From positions 248,001 to 312,000 of the forward strand of contig NW_005201732.1 of assembly GCF_000372725.1 (NCBI RefSeq): a DNA stretch of 64,000 bases, read 5' to 3'. A program made the position numbers and the translations under genes. Position 1 is the first letter of the stretch; each line of letters begins with the position of its first letter. The DNA is from Emiliania huxleyi CCMP1516 (taxonomy: Eukaryota). The notes beneath the pieces are model-generated. The model made no database searches. It saw only the letters and a program-made list of their open reading frames with translations, and was not told where the DNA came from. Shown here piece after piece: positions 28,206 to 38,529 of this stretch.

Positions 28206-30474
28206 CTGAGCCCTGTGTGGTCTGACAGCCTGACAGCAAACCCCGGACAGCGCCTGACAGTGCCCGACAGTCTGACAGCACGTCTCTGACAGCCTGGCAG
28301 CAGAGCCTGACATCAGAGGCGTCCCGTCGCTGTCAGGCCCTAACGTGACAGCCTGACAGCTGCCCGACAGCCCGACAGCACACAGCGGCCTGACAGCAGC
28401 GCTGACAGCCCGACAGCCCGACCAGCCCGACAGCAGCACAGACCGTACTCAGGCCGTGCAGCCTCTTTCTTGTGTCCCATGAGGGTATAGCAAAACTATT
28501 ACATGCAAAGACATGTGTATGTGGTCCGCGCCTTCGATTCTGTGGAGTCCGCGCCAACCTCTGTGCACAGACCGGCTTCTTCAAGCAGCCGTGATTGCAC
28601 TTTCCTCTGGCTGACACCTATGTCGAGGGTGGCGCGTTGCTGGAGGAGCCGGGAGAGAAGGAGGATGATCCAAACGGCACACCCGATGCTGAGCCGGCCG
28701 AGCTGACCGCCATGGGCGCACAGGATGCTGCAGATGCCGAGGCCGTGCTGAACCAGCTGATGCGGACGGGGGCCAACGTGGCTCGTGGCGCCTCCAACCG
28801 GCGGCGAGGAGGGCAGCAGTAGCGCAGAGTTTTTTGAGGAGATCCGTAAGCTGCTGGCAGATTTCAACGTCTCCATCCAGGAGGAGTCAAAATTAGATAT
28901 TCTTACCTTCTTGCCCCCCTCTGAGACTGGAGACAGTCACCACAGATACATACGTCTGTGGGAGTGCCCCCCGCCCCCGCTTGCCCTGCCTGCGCAGGAT
29001 AGCGTGCCCCGATAGTGGCGACACATAGCGAGGGACACTGCGCAAGGAGGGGGTGCGTCGACTTCTTTTCTTTTTTTTTTGTCCTCTCGGGGGAATGTTC
29101 TCTCGGCGCCCATGGCCTTCTGAGGTTTCGTACTAATGACGTCCTTCTTGGCACTTCGGGCGTCGGTGTGTGCGTATCTGTGGTGTCTAATTCCCCCGGT
29201 ATGCTATATAGGTTTCGAACGGCGACCTCCCTTTCACTCGCACCGATTCCTTGCTGGATACCTTTCCGCAAGCGGAAGGTCGCCAGTTCGAAACCTGCTT
29301 GCCCCTTATATTTTTTTCACCTGAGCGGGCTCAATTTTGCTCTAGGTGCCTCCTACGATTCGATCCCGCGTTCTCAGGCAGTCGCCTGGTGCGTTGTTCG
29401 TTTTTGTCATGGGAGTGTTTTCTGCTTCGCGTCATCACTCGCTCCAGGAGGAGTCAAAGGATCGCAAGCTCCGCTTCCACGTCAAGCGGCTCATCAAGTC
29501 CCATCAGCAGCGAGGCGAGGATGTGGATGAGGAGCTCGACTTCTACATGGATGATGATGACGGTGACCACGCCCTTGCCGCCTGTCACACACACACATAA
29601 GACGTGCATTCTCATCTCTCCCTCTTCTCTTTCTCTCCGCAGTTGCGGTGCTCTTCACCATGGAGGACAGCTCCAAGGTCTTTGCCATTGGCAACATCGA
29701 GCAGGTGGCCGTCGCCGACGGCACGGTAGACGCGCGCCGCGCCACTGGCAGCTCGAGCGCAGAGTACCTGCGCCAGCTCTCGATGAGTCAGCGCAGCAAC
29801 GGGGTCTTCATCAACGACCCCAAGGGCCTCTTTATCCTCCGGTGGTACCGTGAGGTGAAGGGTGACGGGACCCCCCCAGACGACCCGCGCTACCAGAACA
29901 GAGCGTGCAAGTACTACAAGCTGACGAGCGACAACGATGGGGAGGCCTTCCGCTGGACCAGCAACTACCAGATCATCAGCAAGGTGTACCTGAAGAAGCA
30001 CTCCCCCCTGCCTCTCTGCTATTCTCTCAGTGCGGCAGACAAGAAGATGTGGTGACGTCCACCATGAAGAAGATGGTGGGACCGGAGGCAGAGTAGAGAC
30101 TAGAGTATGTGCAGCAGAGTCCTGCTGGTCTCCTCTTGATAATGTCATAAGTGTGGCTGGTGTGTGTCAGAGCCTGACAGCACCCCGACAGCACCACCTG
30201 ACAGCACCTGACAGCAACAGCCCAACGTCTGACAGCAGCAGCAGCCTGACAGCTCTGACAGGTCCGACAGCGTCTGACAGCAACACCCGACAGCTCCGAC
30301 AGCACCCGACAGCTACAGATCCCCTCTGATGTCAGACACGCACCCGACAGCACCCGACAGCACTGACAGCACCCGACAGCTGGTCTGACAGAGGCACCTG
30401 ACAATGCCTGACAGCTGCCCGACAGCCCGACAGATCACCTGACAGCACCTGACAGCCTGACAGCCAGGGCTCAG
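28206..30474. mobile_element. Non-autonomous TIR DNA transposon (8-bp TSD, hAT-like) with TGACAG/CGACAG subterminal arrays and internal coding remnants
   Basis: TIR CTGAGCCCTG / CAGGGCTCAG; TSD GCAGTAGC (28198-28205, 30475-30482); dozens of (C/T)GACAG motifs at 28221-28435 and 30175-30463. Confidence 0.85.
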
Positions 30475-31990
30475 GCAGTAGCGCTCGCAATCCTACATCT
30501 TGTAGGACTATGAGCGGCGGTGCTCACAATCGTACCAAAAAGATCCAAGGACTGCTAGTTTGCTAGCAGGCGCACAGGGGGCGCTCCCAATCGCTCCAGC
30601 CGCGAACGCTTGTGAGTGAGCGCTCAGCGCGCCGGGGGGGTCTCCTCAATCCAAACAGTGATCGCACCGATTGCGAGGGGACCCGCGGTCGCAATCCTAG
30701 AAGTCATAGGATTGTGGGCGGTGTCGCTCGTAATCGGCGAAAGTTCTAGGATTGCGAGCGCTACTGCTCGCAATCAGAGGCATGTTCCTAGGATTGTGAG
30801 CCAAGCTGCTCGCAACCCTAGAGTTTGCTCGGATTGCGAGCGCGCTGGTAGTAGTCGTAAGCGTCACCAGTCACCTTGTGAGCGGAGCTGCTCTTAGTCC
30901 TAGAAGACGTGTAGGATTGCGAGCGTGGATGCTCACAATCGCACAGAGATGCTACGATTGCGAGGAGTGCTGCTCACAATCCTTCGCGCTTCTAGGATTG
31001 AGAGCGAGGCTGCTCTCAATCCTAGCCTGGTAGAAAAGAAGGTTCGCCGCTACTGGAACTCGAGGCTATCTTCCGGGAGGCCGACGCCGTGCGCGACTCG
31101 GTGCTGCGCGGAGGGCGCGCGCCCGGCAGCAACACCGACCTCTTCGAGATTGTGCGCGAGGCGGTCAACCAGGTGAGCTGAGCGATGGTCAAGTCGGTGA
31201 GCTGAGCGATGGTCAAGTCGGTGAGCTGAGCGATGGTCAAGTTGGCGGAGCGAGGAGGCGTGATCGAGGCGTGCCGCCCCTCGACGTGATCGAGCTGCAG
31301 GCGGGAAGCTCGCTCGAATGCTCGCTCGCGACTCGCTCGCTGCTCGCGTGGGGCGTGGCTCTCGTGAGCATTCGTGCCGCGGCCATGTGTGGTATGGGAG
31401 GGGGTTGCGTGCACGGGACGGCGATGGAGGCGCCTGCAGCATGACCGCGGGGCGCGCGTGGCACGCCCGCGCACAGCAACGGGAGGTACCTCGGTAGCCC
31501 ACCGGTGGCGACGGCAGTGCGCCGTGGCGTAGTGGCGTCCGCAGCATGACAGCGGGGCGCTCATCGAGTGAGGCATATCGGGAGGAGGTCGTGGGGTGGG
31601 TGGGTGGGGGGGGGGGGGAGGCTGGGGCGTGACACGCGGCCTCGGGCGCGCTGCCGCCCTCAGCTCCGCTCCAATCAGAGGGAGTACGCACAAGGAATTC
31701 CTTAGAGAGATGTTAGAGGTGGGTTAAGGACTACCAGGTTAGAGACGTGGAGTGTGTGTGTGAGAGAGATTTTTATTAACCAACAAGAAATCACGACTCT
31801 TCTTGTGTGTGTGAGTTAGTATCTTCACAGATCACAGCTGTGTGAGCGCTGTAGGAGCGGTGCGACACCGATATCGTTCAAGGACAGTGCGGGTGTTAGT
31901 ATCTTGCCCGCTGCGGTTAGTTCGGCCTCGTGGTGCTTCGGACTCGTGGTCCTTTTCGGCCTCGTGGTCTTTCGGCCTCGTGGTGAGACG

Positions 31991-32743
31991 ATGCAGGCAG
32001 CAGCCCTTGCTGCGGCCACCGCTGTCGGTCTAAGCCTTGGTCTCTGGGCGCAGTGCCGCTGGCGGCGCGCGGCGCTGGCCATACGCAGCGCAGATGAAAA
32101 CGACATGCTCACGTTCGTCATGCGCGCCCTCTGCGACTCGGGCTGCGACACCAAACGCTACGGCAACCACGTCCTTCTTTATCTCACCTCACACACCGAC
32201 GACAACGTGTCGTCAGTCGCTGCAGGCGCTGCGATGGCCCGTGCTGCGCTGCCTCCGGGGATACAAACTTTGCTGCTCGGTCTGGAGAACGAGAAGCTCG
32301 AGCCGCCAACACCTTGCTACGGTGGTCCGCAGGTACTCGAGGAACTACTCGACCGCGCGGGGCTCTCGCACGAGCGACTGCCCTACGAGCTGCCATATGC
32401 GAACACTCTCACAGAGGCAGAGACCGTCATTCGCGAATGCCAACGGCAAAATGCGATGGCGTTGGTCGTGGTGGCGCCTCCGTTCCACATGCCACGCGCC
32501 CTGCTCACGTTTCTGAGCGTTTGCGCTCGCGAAATGCCCGCGCTGCACGTGTACGCAGCAGCTGGCGGCACCGCTCCGGGGTGGTGGAACGCGGAGGTTG
32601 TGCACTCGCAGGGCGTTGTCCGTGGCGTCCGCACGGATCTCGTGCAAGGCGAGGTGGAGCGCATGCGCAGATACTGTGCAAAGGGCGACCTGCTGACGCC
32701 GCGTGAGGCGCTGCAGCTGCTCGCGAGGCGCGACGAGAGGTGA
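31991..32743 (+). CDS. DUF218/YdcF (SanA/ElyC-like) family protein, intronless, N-terminal hydrophobic anchor
   Basis: ANTLTEAE...VVVAPPFHMPRALLTF resembles the DUF218 NT.EN and HM.RA motifs. Confidence 0.6.
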   Translation: MQAAALAAATAVGLSLGLWAQCRWRRAALAIRSADENDMLTFVMRALCDSGCDTKRYGNHVLLYLTSHTDDNVSSVAAGAAMARAALPPGIQTLLLGLENEKLEPPTPCYGGPQVLEELLDRAGLSHERLPYELPYANTLTEAETVIRECQRQNAMALVVVAPPFHMPRALLTFLSVCAREMPALHVYAAAGGTAPGWWNAEVVHSQGVVRGVRTDLVQGEVERMRRYCAKGDLLTPREALQLLARRDER

Positions 32744-33901
32744 GCACTTCGTGTGAGCACTCGACTGTCCCTTTTTTTGGGACTTTTTAGCGGTATATCG
32801 TTCGTTTGTGCGCTCTGGCACGCTTAAATGATGACCCGGTCATGCCACATGCGCTGAAGGTGAAGTGCCATCGAACACTTCGCGCGAAGCAGAGTACACA
32901 CTACGCGCGGCAGCGGCGACGACGACGAGAATCATCCGTGTCCCATCTCTCTCTCTCATATCCGTCTCGGGACAGGCTAGAGGGAGCGGACCGTGAGTTG
33001 AGGAAATCGGAGGACGCGACCCACTTCGCCACAGACGGTCCCGCGCCTCGCCGCTATGACGGCGACACGGCCGCAGCTCGTGTGCGTGTCGCCGTCTTTG
33101 TCCGGAGTGAAAAGTCCAACGCGCTCGTCGGTGACGGTGTCCTCCAACCTGCGCCGCGCTCGGCGAACCTCGACAGCGCCTTCGATGGCATGCAGCTCTT
33201 GCGTCAGAAGCCTGGAGAGCAGCTCCTCGGCTGCTCACACGCTCTGCACAGTTGACACAGCCTACTGTGCGGCTACCACAGCTGTGAAAGCGATGGGCTC
33301 GCCCTCACTGGCCCTCAGTCACTTGTGCTGCGGCTTGTGTGAGCGACACTGCTCGGCGACTGCCGGCACACTGTGAGACCATGGGTGTGAGGTAAAACCA
33401 CGCTACCAGCGCTTGGTCACATCGGCCCCGAGGTCAGATCCATCTACTCTGTTGATGACAAGACTTGTCTACCGGCTGGAGCCGAGCAGGAGGGCCAGGC
33501 GCACAACCCCTGGTCAACTCACGGTCCACACCCCGTAGGGCCACACGCCCGCGCCTCATCAATGGATCCATGATCCGCGGCAGAGCCTGAGCGCCGACGG
33601 CGCGTGTGCGACCTGCTCTCGCATCGATGGATGATGCGCCAGCGGCAATAGCAAGAGCGATCATGCCCCGGTCATGCATGCGACAACACCATACAAAGGA
33701 CAAAGGTCAAAGGTCAAAGCAGGCGGGGGACTCTCCTACACTGCTCGCGCGTGAGACTCTTACGCCTGATCGGGGTTGGCCGCAAACAGAACAGGCAGCA
33801 GCGGGATGGCAAGCAGTGCAAGGGCAGCGACACCCGAGTGCAAGGGCGCAATTTAAAAAAGAAATAGTTCGCGCCTCTTCATTAGCATTGGATCGCGTGA
33901 G

Positions 33902-35302
33902 ATGCTCGTCGTCACATACTTGTCAGGTTTGTCCTTCTCGGTCGGCCCGGCCGCGCTGCCGCAGCCGGCTCCGCCCGGCTCGCCGGGCTGCTCCGCCTCG
34001 CACTCCGCCGCAGGGCGGCACGGCGCCGCGACGCTCGCTGCGCACTCCGAGGCGTCCTCTGCAGACGGCTGGCGCGGCGGCAGCGGACAGCGCTGGCTGC
34101 TGCAGCCTGCGCAGTCTGCCGCGCAGTCTGCCGCCGCGCTGCTCGCCAGCGCTGCGCTGCTCCTTGGCTCAGCCTCGCCCGGCTACGCCGAGAACGAGCT
34201 GGCCGACCTGGCGCAGGGGCAGTTCAAGTCGGAGCTGATTGACCCGCAGTGCTTCGCCAAGTCGTGCAAGCTGCAGACAAAGGCGTGCGCGGAGAACGGC
34301 GACTGCATGAAGGGCCTCACCTGCGCCGCCAAGTGCATGGGCGACACGCAGTGCACCGTCGGCTGCTTTGCCAAGTTTGGCAACCCGGTGCTCGACGACG
34401 TGCTCTCGTGCACCATCGAGGACCAGAGCTGCCTGAAGATCGCCATCGTCGCGCCGGGGGCTGACGGTCCGCTGGACGCGCCGCTGCCGCCCAAGCCGCT
34501 CGTCGCGGTGACGCCGCAGCAGATGGCGGGCAAGTGGTACAAGGTGATGGGCTGGAACTCCAACTACGACTGCTACGACTGCCAGCGCAACTCCTTCCGG
34601 CCGGCCGCGCGGCAGCAGGCGATGGCCATCGCGGCGGACGGGTCGGCGGTCGACGTGGACGTCGAGTACTCGCTGCCGCGGCAGCGCGCGGGCATGCCGC
34701 AGGACTTCCACGCGCAGCTGCACGAGAAGCTCGTCTTCGACACGACGCCCGGCTCGCACCGGACGGCGCACACCGAGGGCAAGATGTTTGGCCTCACCTT
34801 TTGGGAGAACTGGTACGTGATCGGCGCTAACGACCGCGGCGAGGACGCGTTCCGCATCGTCTACTACACGGGCAAGACGCTGCAGAACAAGTACGAGGGC
34901 GCCTTTGTGTACGCGCGCAAGCCCGACCTGCCCGCCTCCGCCATGCCGCACATCTACTCGATCGCGCGCCAGGCCGGCCTCGAGCCGACCAGCTTCTGCG
35001 CCATCGACAACCGCTGCTACGCGGCGCCCGCCGCCACGGCGGGCGAGACGCCGCAGCCGCCGCCCTTCACCAACGTCGCGGCCGCCGACACGATCGAGCT
35101 GGACGAGGCTCCGCTGTCTGCGCCCGCCACGCCGCCGCCGCGGATGGGCGTGCTGCGCGACGCGCAGGAGTTCCTCGAGGACCCGCGGCCGTTCGGGCGG
35201 GCCATCTTCGAGAAGCAGAAGAAGATGTCCGAGATCCGAGAGTTCGATGCCGACGGAAGGTCGCTGCCCTCAGAAAACTTCCGCTCAAGCGGCAGTCGTT
35301 GA
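33902..35302 (+). CDS. VDL: Violaxanthin de-epoxidase-like protein (VDL/VDE family), plastid-targeted, intronless
   Basis: Bipartite presequence ending A-x-A; Cys-rich domain CFAKSCKLQTKAC...CMKGLTC..KC...QCTVGC; lipocalin motif GKWYKVMGWNSNYDCYDCQ; ENWYVI; YEGAFVYAR. Confidence 0.85.
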   Translation: MLVVTYLSGLSFSVGPAALPQPAPPGSPGCSASHSAAGRHGAATLAAHSEASSADGWRGGSGQRWLLQPAQSAAQSAAALLASAALLLGSASPGYAENELADLAQGQFKSELIDPQCFAKSCKLQTKACAENGDCMKGLTCAAKCMGDTQCTVGCFAKFGNPVLDDVLSCTIEDQSCLKIAIVAPGADGPLDAPLPPKPLVAVTPQQMAGKWYKVMGWNSNYDCYDCQRNSFRPAARQQAMAIAADGSAVDVDVEYSLPRQRAGMPQDFHAQLHEKLVFDTTPGSHRTAHTEGKMFGLTFWENWYVIGANDRGEDAFRIVYYTGKTLQNKYEGAFVYARKPDLPASAMPHIYSIARQAGLEPTSFCAIDNRCYAAPAATAGETPQPPPFTNVAAADTIELDEAPLSAPATPPPRMGVLRDAQEFLEDPRPFGRAIFEKQKKMSEIREFDADGRSLPSENFRSSGSR

Positions 35303-35769
35303 CCGCAGTACGCGAGTTCCGAGTACCGACAGTGGACAGAGATGTGTGGCAAGTGGCATGCGTTGAGGTGGTGCGTATGTGCGAGTGATGGGGTGTTATC
35401 CGCGTAGCATGGCTGAGGCTTGGGGCCAGTCACCGCTGTTATTCAGTAGAAAATACATCATTACACATGACATGCAAAACACTAACCGCAGACGCCAGAC
35501 CTCTCGTCTCTCGAGAGAACACTTCACATCCCCGGGGGTAAGCGTAACACCTCCCCTGTGGCTGCTGGCTCCCCCTCCCCCTCCACCGCAAACCGGAATC
35601 CGCTCTCGCGGAGGTAAAACCCAGAGCTTTTCGCGCGCGCACGGCTTCGGGCTGGGCATGCTGACCTGTTGCGGGGCCCTTGCGCGCTGGTCCGCTGCCG
35701 CGCCGTGGACCTGGCTCGGTTCCACGGTAGGAGAGATGCTCGGTCCTCGGTGGGGCGTGCTGACCGCTG

Positions 35770-37319
35770 TCAGCTCTGCGGGATCATGTCGGCGTCCAGC
35801 TGCTGTAGCCGCGGCGCCAGCCGCAGAAGCGCCTGCCTGTAGTCGGCGAGCTTGCTGACCGGGCAGCCCTCGAGGTAGATGGTCTTGAGGACGGGGAGGG
35901 TCGACAGCTGCGCCACGTCGGACAGCGTGGCGATCGGGTTTGTGTTGAGCCACAGCTCCTCGAGCGAGGCGAGCGAGGCGCACTGGCGAAGGGGCAGGGA
36001 GAAGCAGCGTCGTCAGGCAGGAGGGGCGGGAGGGGCTTGCGGTGACTTGTCGCGGCGGAGACAGCGTGCGGTGCCGAGAGCACGGCAAGGCTCTGGCGAC
36101 CACCCGACACGCAAGCGTGGGAGTGGGTCTAGCGGTGGAAGCTTCTCGGAGTGACGCCTCGATGGCCGCCAGCCGGTTGGCGGAGAGGTCGAGAGTGTGC
36201 AGCCGCTCGAGCCGCACGAGCGTGCCTGGATGGCGCGGGCGGGGAAGCGTTGATGCAGAGGCGGCCGGCAGGGTGGGTGGGAGGTGCGTCTCTCGCCCAT
36301 GCTGTCGATGCCGTTGTGGTCCGCGTAGACCTCGCGCAGGGTCTCTAGCCCCTCTATCCCTGCGGTCAGGCGAGGGCGGCGGCGGGCGGGGTGGCGGTTC
36401 AGGGCAAGGTTCGAGAGGCGGGCGGCGAGGCAGGCGGCGAGGCGGGCGGCGAGGCGGGCGGCGAGGCGGGCGGCGAGGCGGGCGGCGAGGCGGGCGGCGC
36501 CCTCAAGCGAGCGCAGCCTAAAGAAGCGGCCAAGCGACTCAATGGCGGCGGGGTGTGACTGTCGAGTGTCCCTTGCGGGCAGCGGTGCCGGTTGGAGGCG
36601 ACGCCGAGCACGCGCAGCGCAGGCAGGCCGGCGAGGCCGGCGAGGCTGTTGATCTTGTTCCGGCCGAGGTGCAGCTCCTCGAGTCGACGCAGGTGCTGCC
36701 GCGCAGCCGGGAGGACAAGGTCAGCCTCGGCGGCGGGCGGCGTGCGCGCGGGCGGCGCGCGGCGGCGCGGCGCGAGGGCTTGCGGCGCGACGGCGGTGGC
36801 GCGCGCCTTGAGGCAGGGCACCGTGCGGATCTGGTTCGATCCGAGCTCGAGGAGGCGGAGAGCAGGGAGGTTGGCGAGCCCGCCCAGCTCCGAGATTGAG
36901 TTGTTGGCGAGGAAGAGCTGCTGGAGCGAGGCGAGGCCGGCGCCCTCCAGGCCCTCGATCTTGCCGATCCGGTTGAATGACACATCAAGCATCGTCAGCG
37001 CCTCGAGCCCTTCCAGACCCTCTATCCGCTCGATCCGGTTCTCGTAGAGCTCGAGCTCTGCCAGCTGAGAGAGCGATCCCAGCCCGCGCATCTCGGCGAT
37101 GCGGTTGGCGCGCAGGTTGAGCTTCCGCAGCGACGTCAGCCCGTCCAGCTTCTCGATCCTCTCGATCGCGTTGAACATGAGGCACAGCTCGCTCACACCG
37201 GGCTCCGCGACCCACTCGTCCTGAATCGAGGCGAAGCCCGAGCCCGACACGTCGATGACGACATCGGCAGCGGAGCTGGTCTCCGCAGGCGACGCTAGGC
37301 TGTTGTCTGCCGTCGCCAT
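35770..37319 (-). CDS. Sds22/PPP1R7-like leucine-rich repeat protein, multi-exon
   Basis: SDS22-type LRRs (LRKLNLRANRIAEMRGL, LELYENRIERIEGLEGL, LELGSNQIR) and an LRR-cap (LKTIYLEGCPV...YRQ.LL...P.LQQLD). Confidence 0.8.
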
Positions 37320-37878
37320 TCGAGGCTAACGGAGCAGCCACACTCGTCGACGCTGGCGAAAAGAGAAACTTCGTGGCTCCACAGCGAGTGAGTATTGTGT
37401 GTGTGAATAGCTCCGCCGTTCATGGAGGCAACCGATGCGAGTCGACTGGTGTGTGTCGTCTTGGTTTCCTATCAAGAATACTCACTCACTCCGCCTCTGG
37501 ACAGGGTGGCCCGCCCTAATGCCTAATTGACCCCTGTTAAGTGACTCGTTCGCTTTCCACCCAATGTGATTTTGTGTGAGCTCTGTGTCTTGCGTTGCCA
37601 ACAACATACCTACACTCACTCACTCACGACAGCGAGTGTGGGGACTACATGATCCGGGGAAGAATTAGTGCGCCGACGCCCTCGCCCATCCGCGATGGAG
37701 GCAAAAACAAAAGGGCGCCGAGATCTGCCTCCATTGCCCAAATCCCAAAACCGCCGTTCCCCCTCGGGCTCGGCGCTCGGGGAGGACGCGTCCAGGTCCA
37801 CCCCTGAGCCCTGTGCTGACTGCTGTCGCCCATCTTCTCACTTCTGGTTCCACTCTTTTCCATACAAGGTAAAGAACA

Positions 37879-38529
37879 TCACAGCGGCGCGAAGCTGTCC
37901 GCCGCCGCCGTCAGGGCCTCCCCCGCTCCCCCGAGCCACTCCGTCTGCCGCGCGCCCGCAAAGAGGAGGAGCACGCCGCCGCCCGACCACGCCGCCCGCA
38001 CAGCGGTGTGCCGCAACAGCTCGTTCGGCGCCTGCGCGGCGCTTCCGGGAATGCAAGCCAGCGGCGTCGCCATCTCGAATCGGAGGATCCCGCCCCGCAG
38101 GTCGACCGTCCCTGGCAGCACGGCGGACGGGCAGCCGCCACCGAGCGCCGACTGCTCGTCGCGCAGCGACGCAAGCGAATTAGCCGCTGCCGTCAGCGCC
38201 GCCGCCTCGTCGCCCTGCGGCGCAGCGACAGCGGATGCGTTTGCGCGCTGGACAGAGAGCGTAGTGGCGGCCCCAGTCTCGCGGATCGCGCCACGGAAGT
38301 CGCCAGCCGAGAGCAGTGTATTCGAGCCACCGACGCCGCCACGAGAGAGACGGACGAATCCGGAAGGGATAGTGATCGAGAAGCGCTCGTCCACGACAAC
38401 GCGCGAGCCGCCGGCCAAGGCGTCGGCGGCAAAGGCGCGGCGCGGGAGAGGGCTCGTGCCGAGAGGACACATGCCGGAAGCCACAGCAAGCAAGACGCCA
38501 CCGCGGCGCGAAACCGTCACGGTGTTCAT
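37879..38529 (-). CDS. PsbP-like thylakoid lumenal protein (tentative)
   Basis: Twin-Arg SRR followed by a hydrophobic stretch and AFA cleavage site; FSITIPSGF; C-terminal LLLFAGARQTEW...AADSF pattern. Confidence 0.45.
   Translation of the reverse strand: MNTVTVSRRGGVLLAVASGMCPLGTSPLPRRAFAADALAGGSRVVVDERFSITIPSGFVRLSRGGVGGSNTLLSAGDFRGAIRETGAATTLSVQRANASAVAAPQGDEAAALTAAANSLASLRDEQSALGGGCPSAVLPGTVDLRGGILRFEMATPLACIPGSAAQAPNELLRHTAVRAAWSGGGVLLLFAGARQTEWLGGAGEALTAAADSFAPL

Larger units (their letters stand above)
27405..31048. mobile_element. Foldback/Mutator-like non-autonomous DNA transposon with ~300-bp TIRs, carrying two nested insertions
   Basis: Termini GGTGAACCTTCTTTTCTACCAGGCTAGGATTG / CAATCCTAGCCTGGTAGAAAAGAAGGTTCGCC; imperfect 9-bp TSD GCTACTGTC/GCTACTGGA. 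Segment 28048-28205 is the reverse complement of about 30750-30915. Confidence 0.8.

Noticed and set aside
28221..30463. TGACAG arrays as CRISPR or iteron arrays
   Set aside because: They are short irregular motifs adjacent to TIRs, best explained as transposon subterminal repeats.
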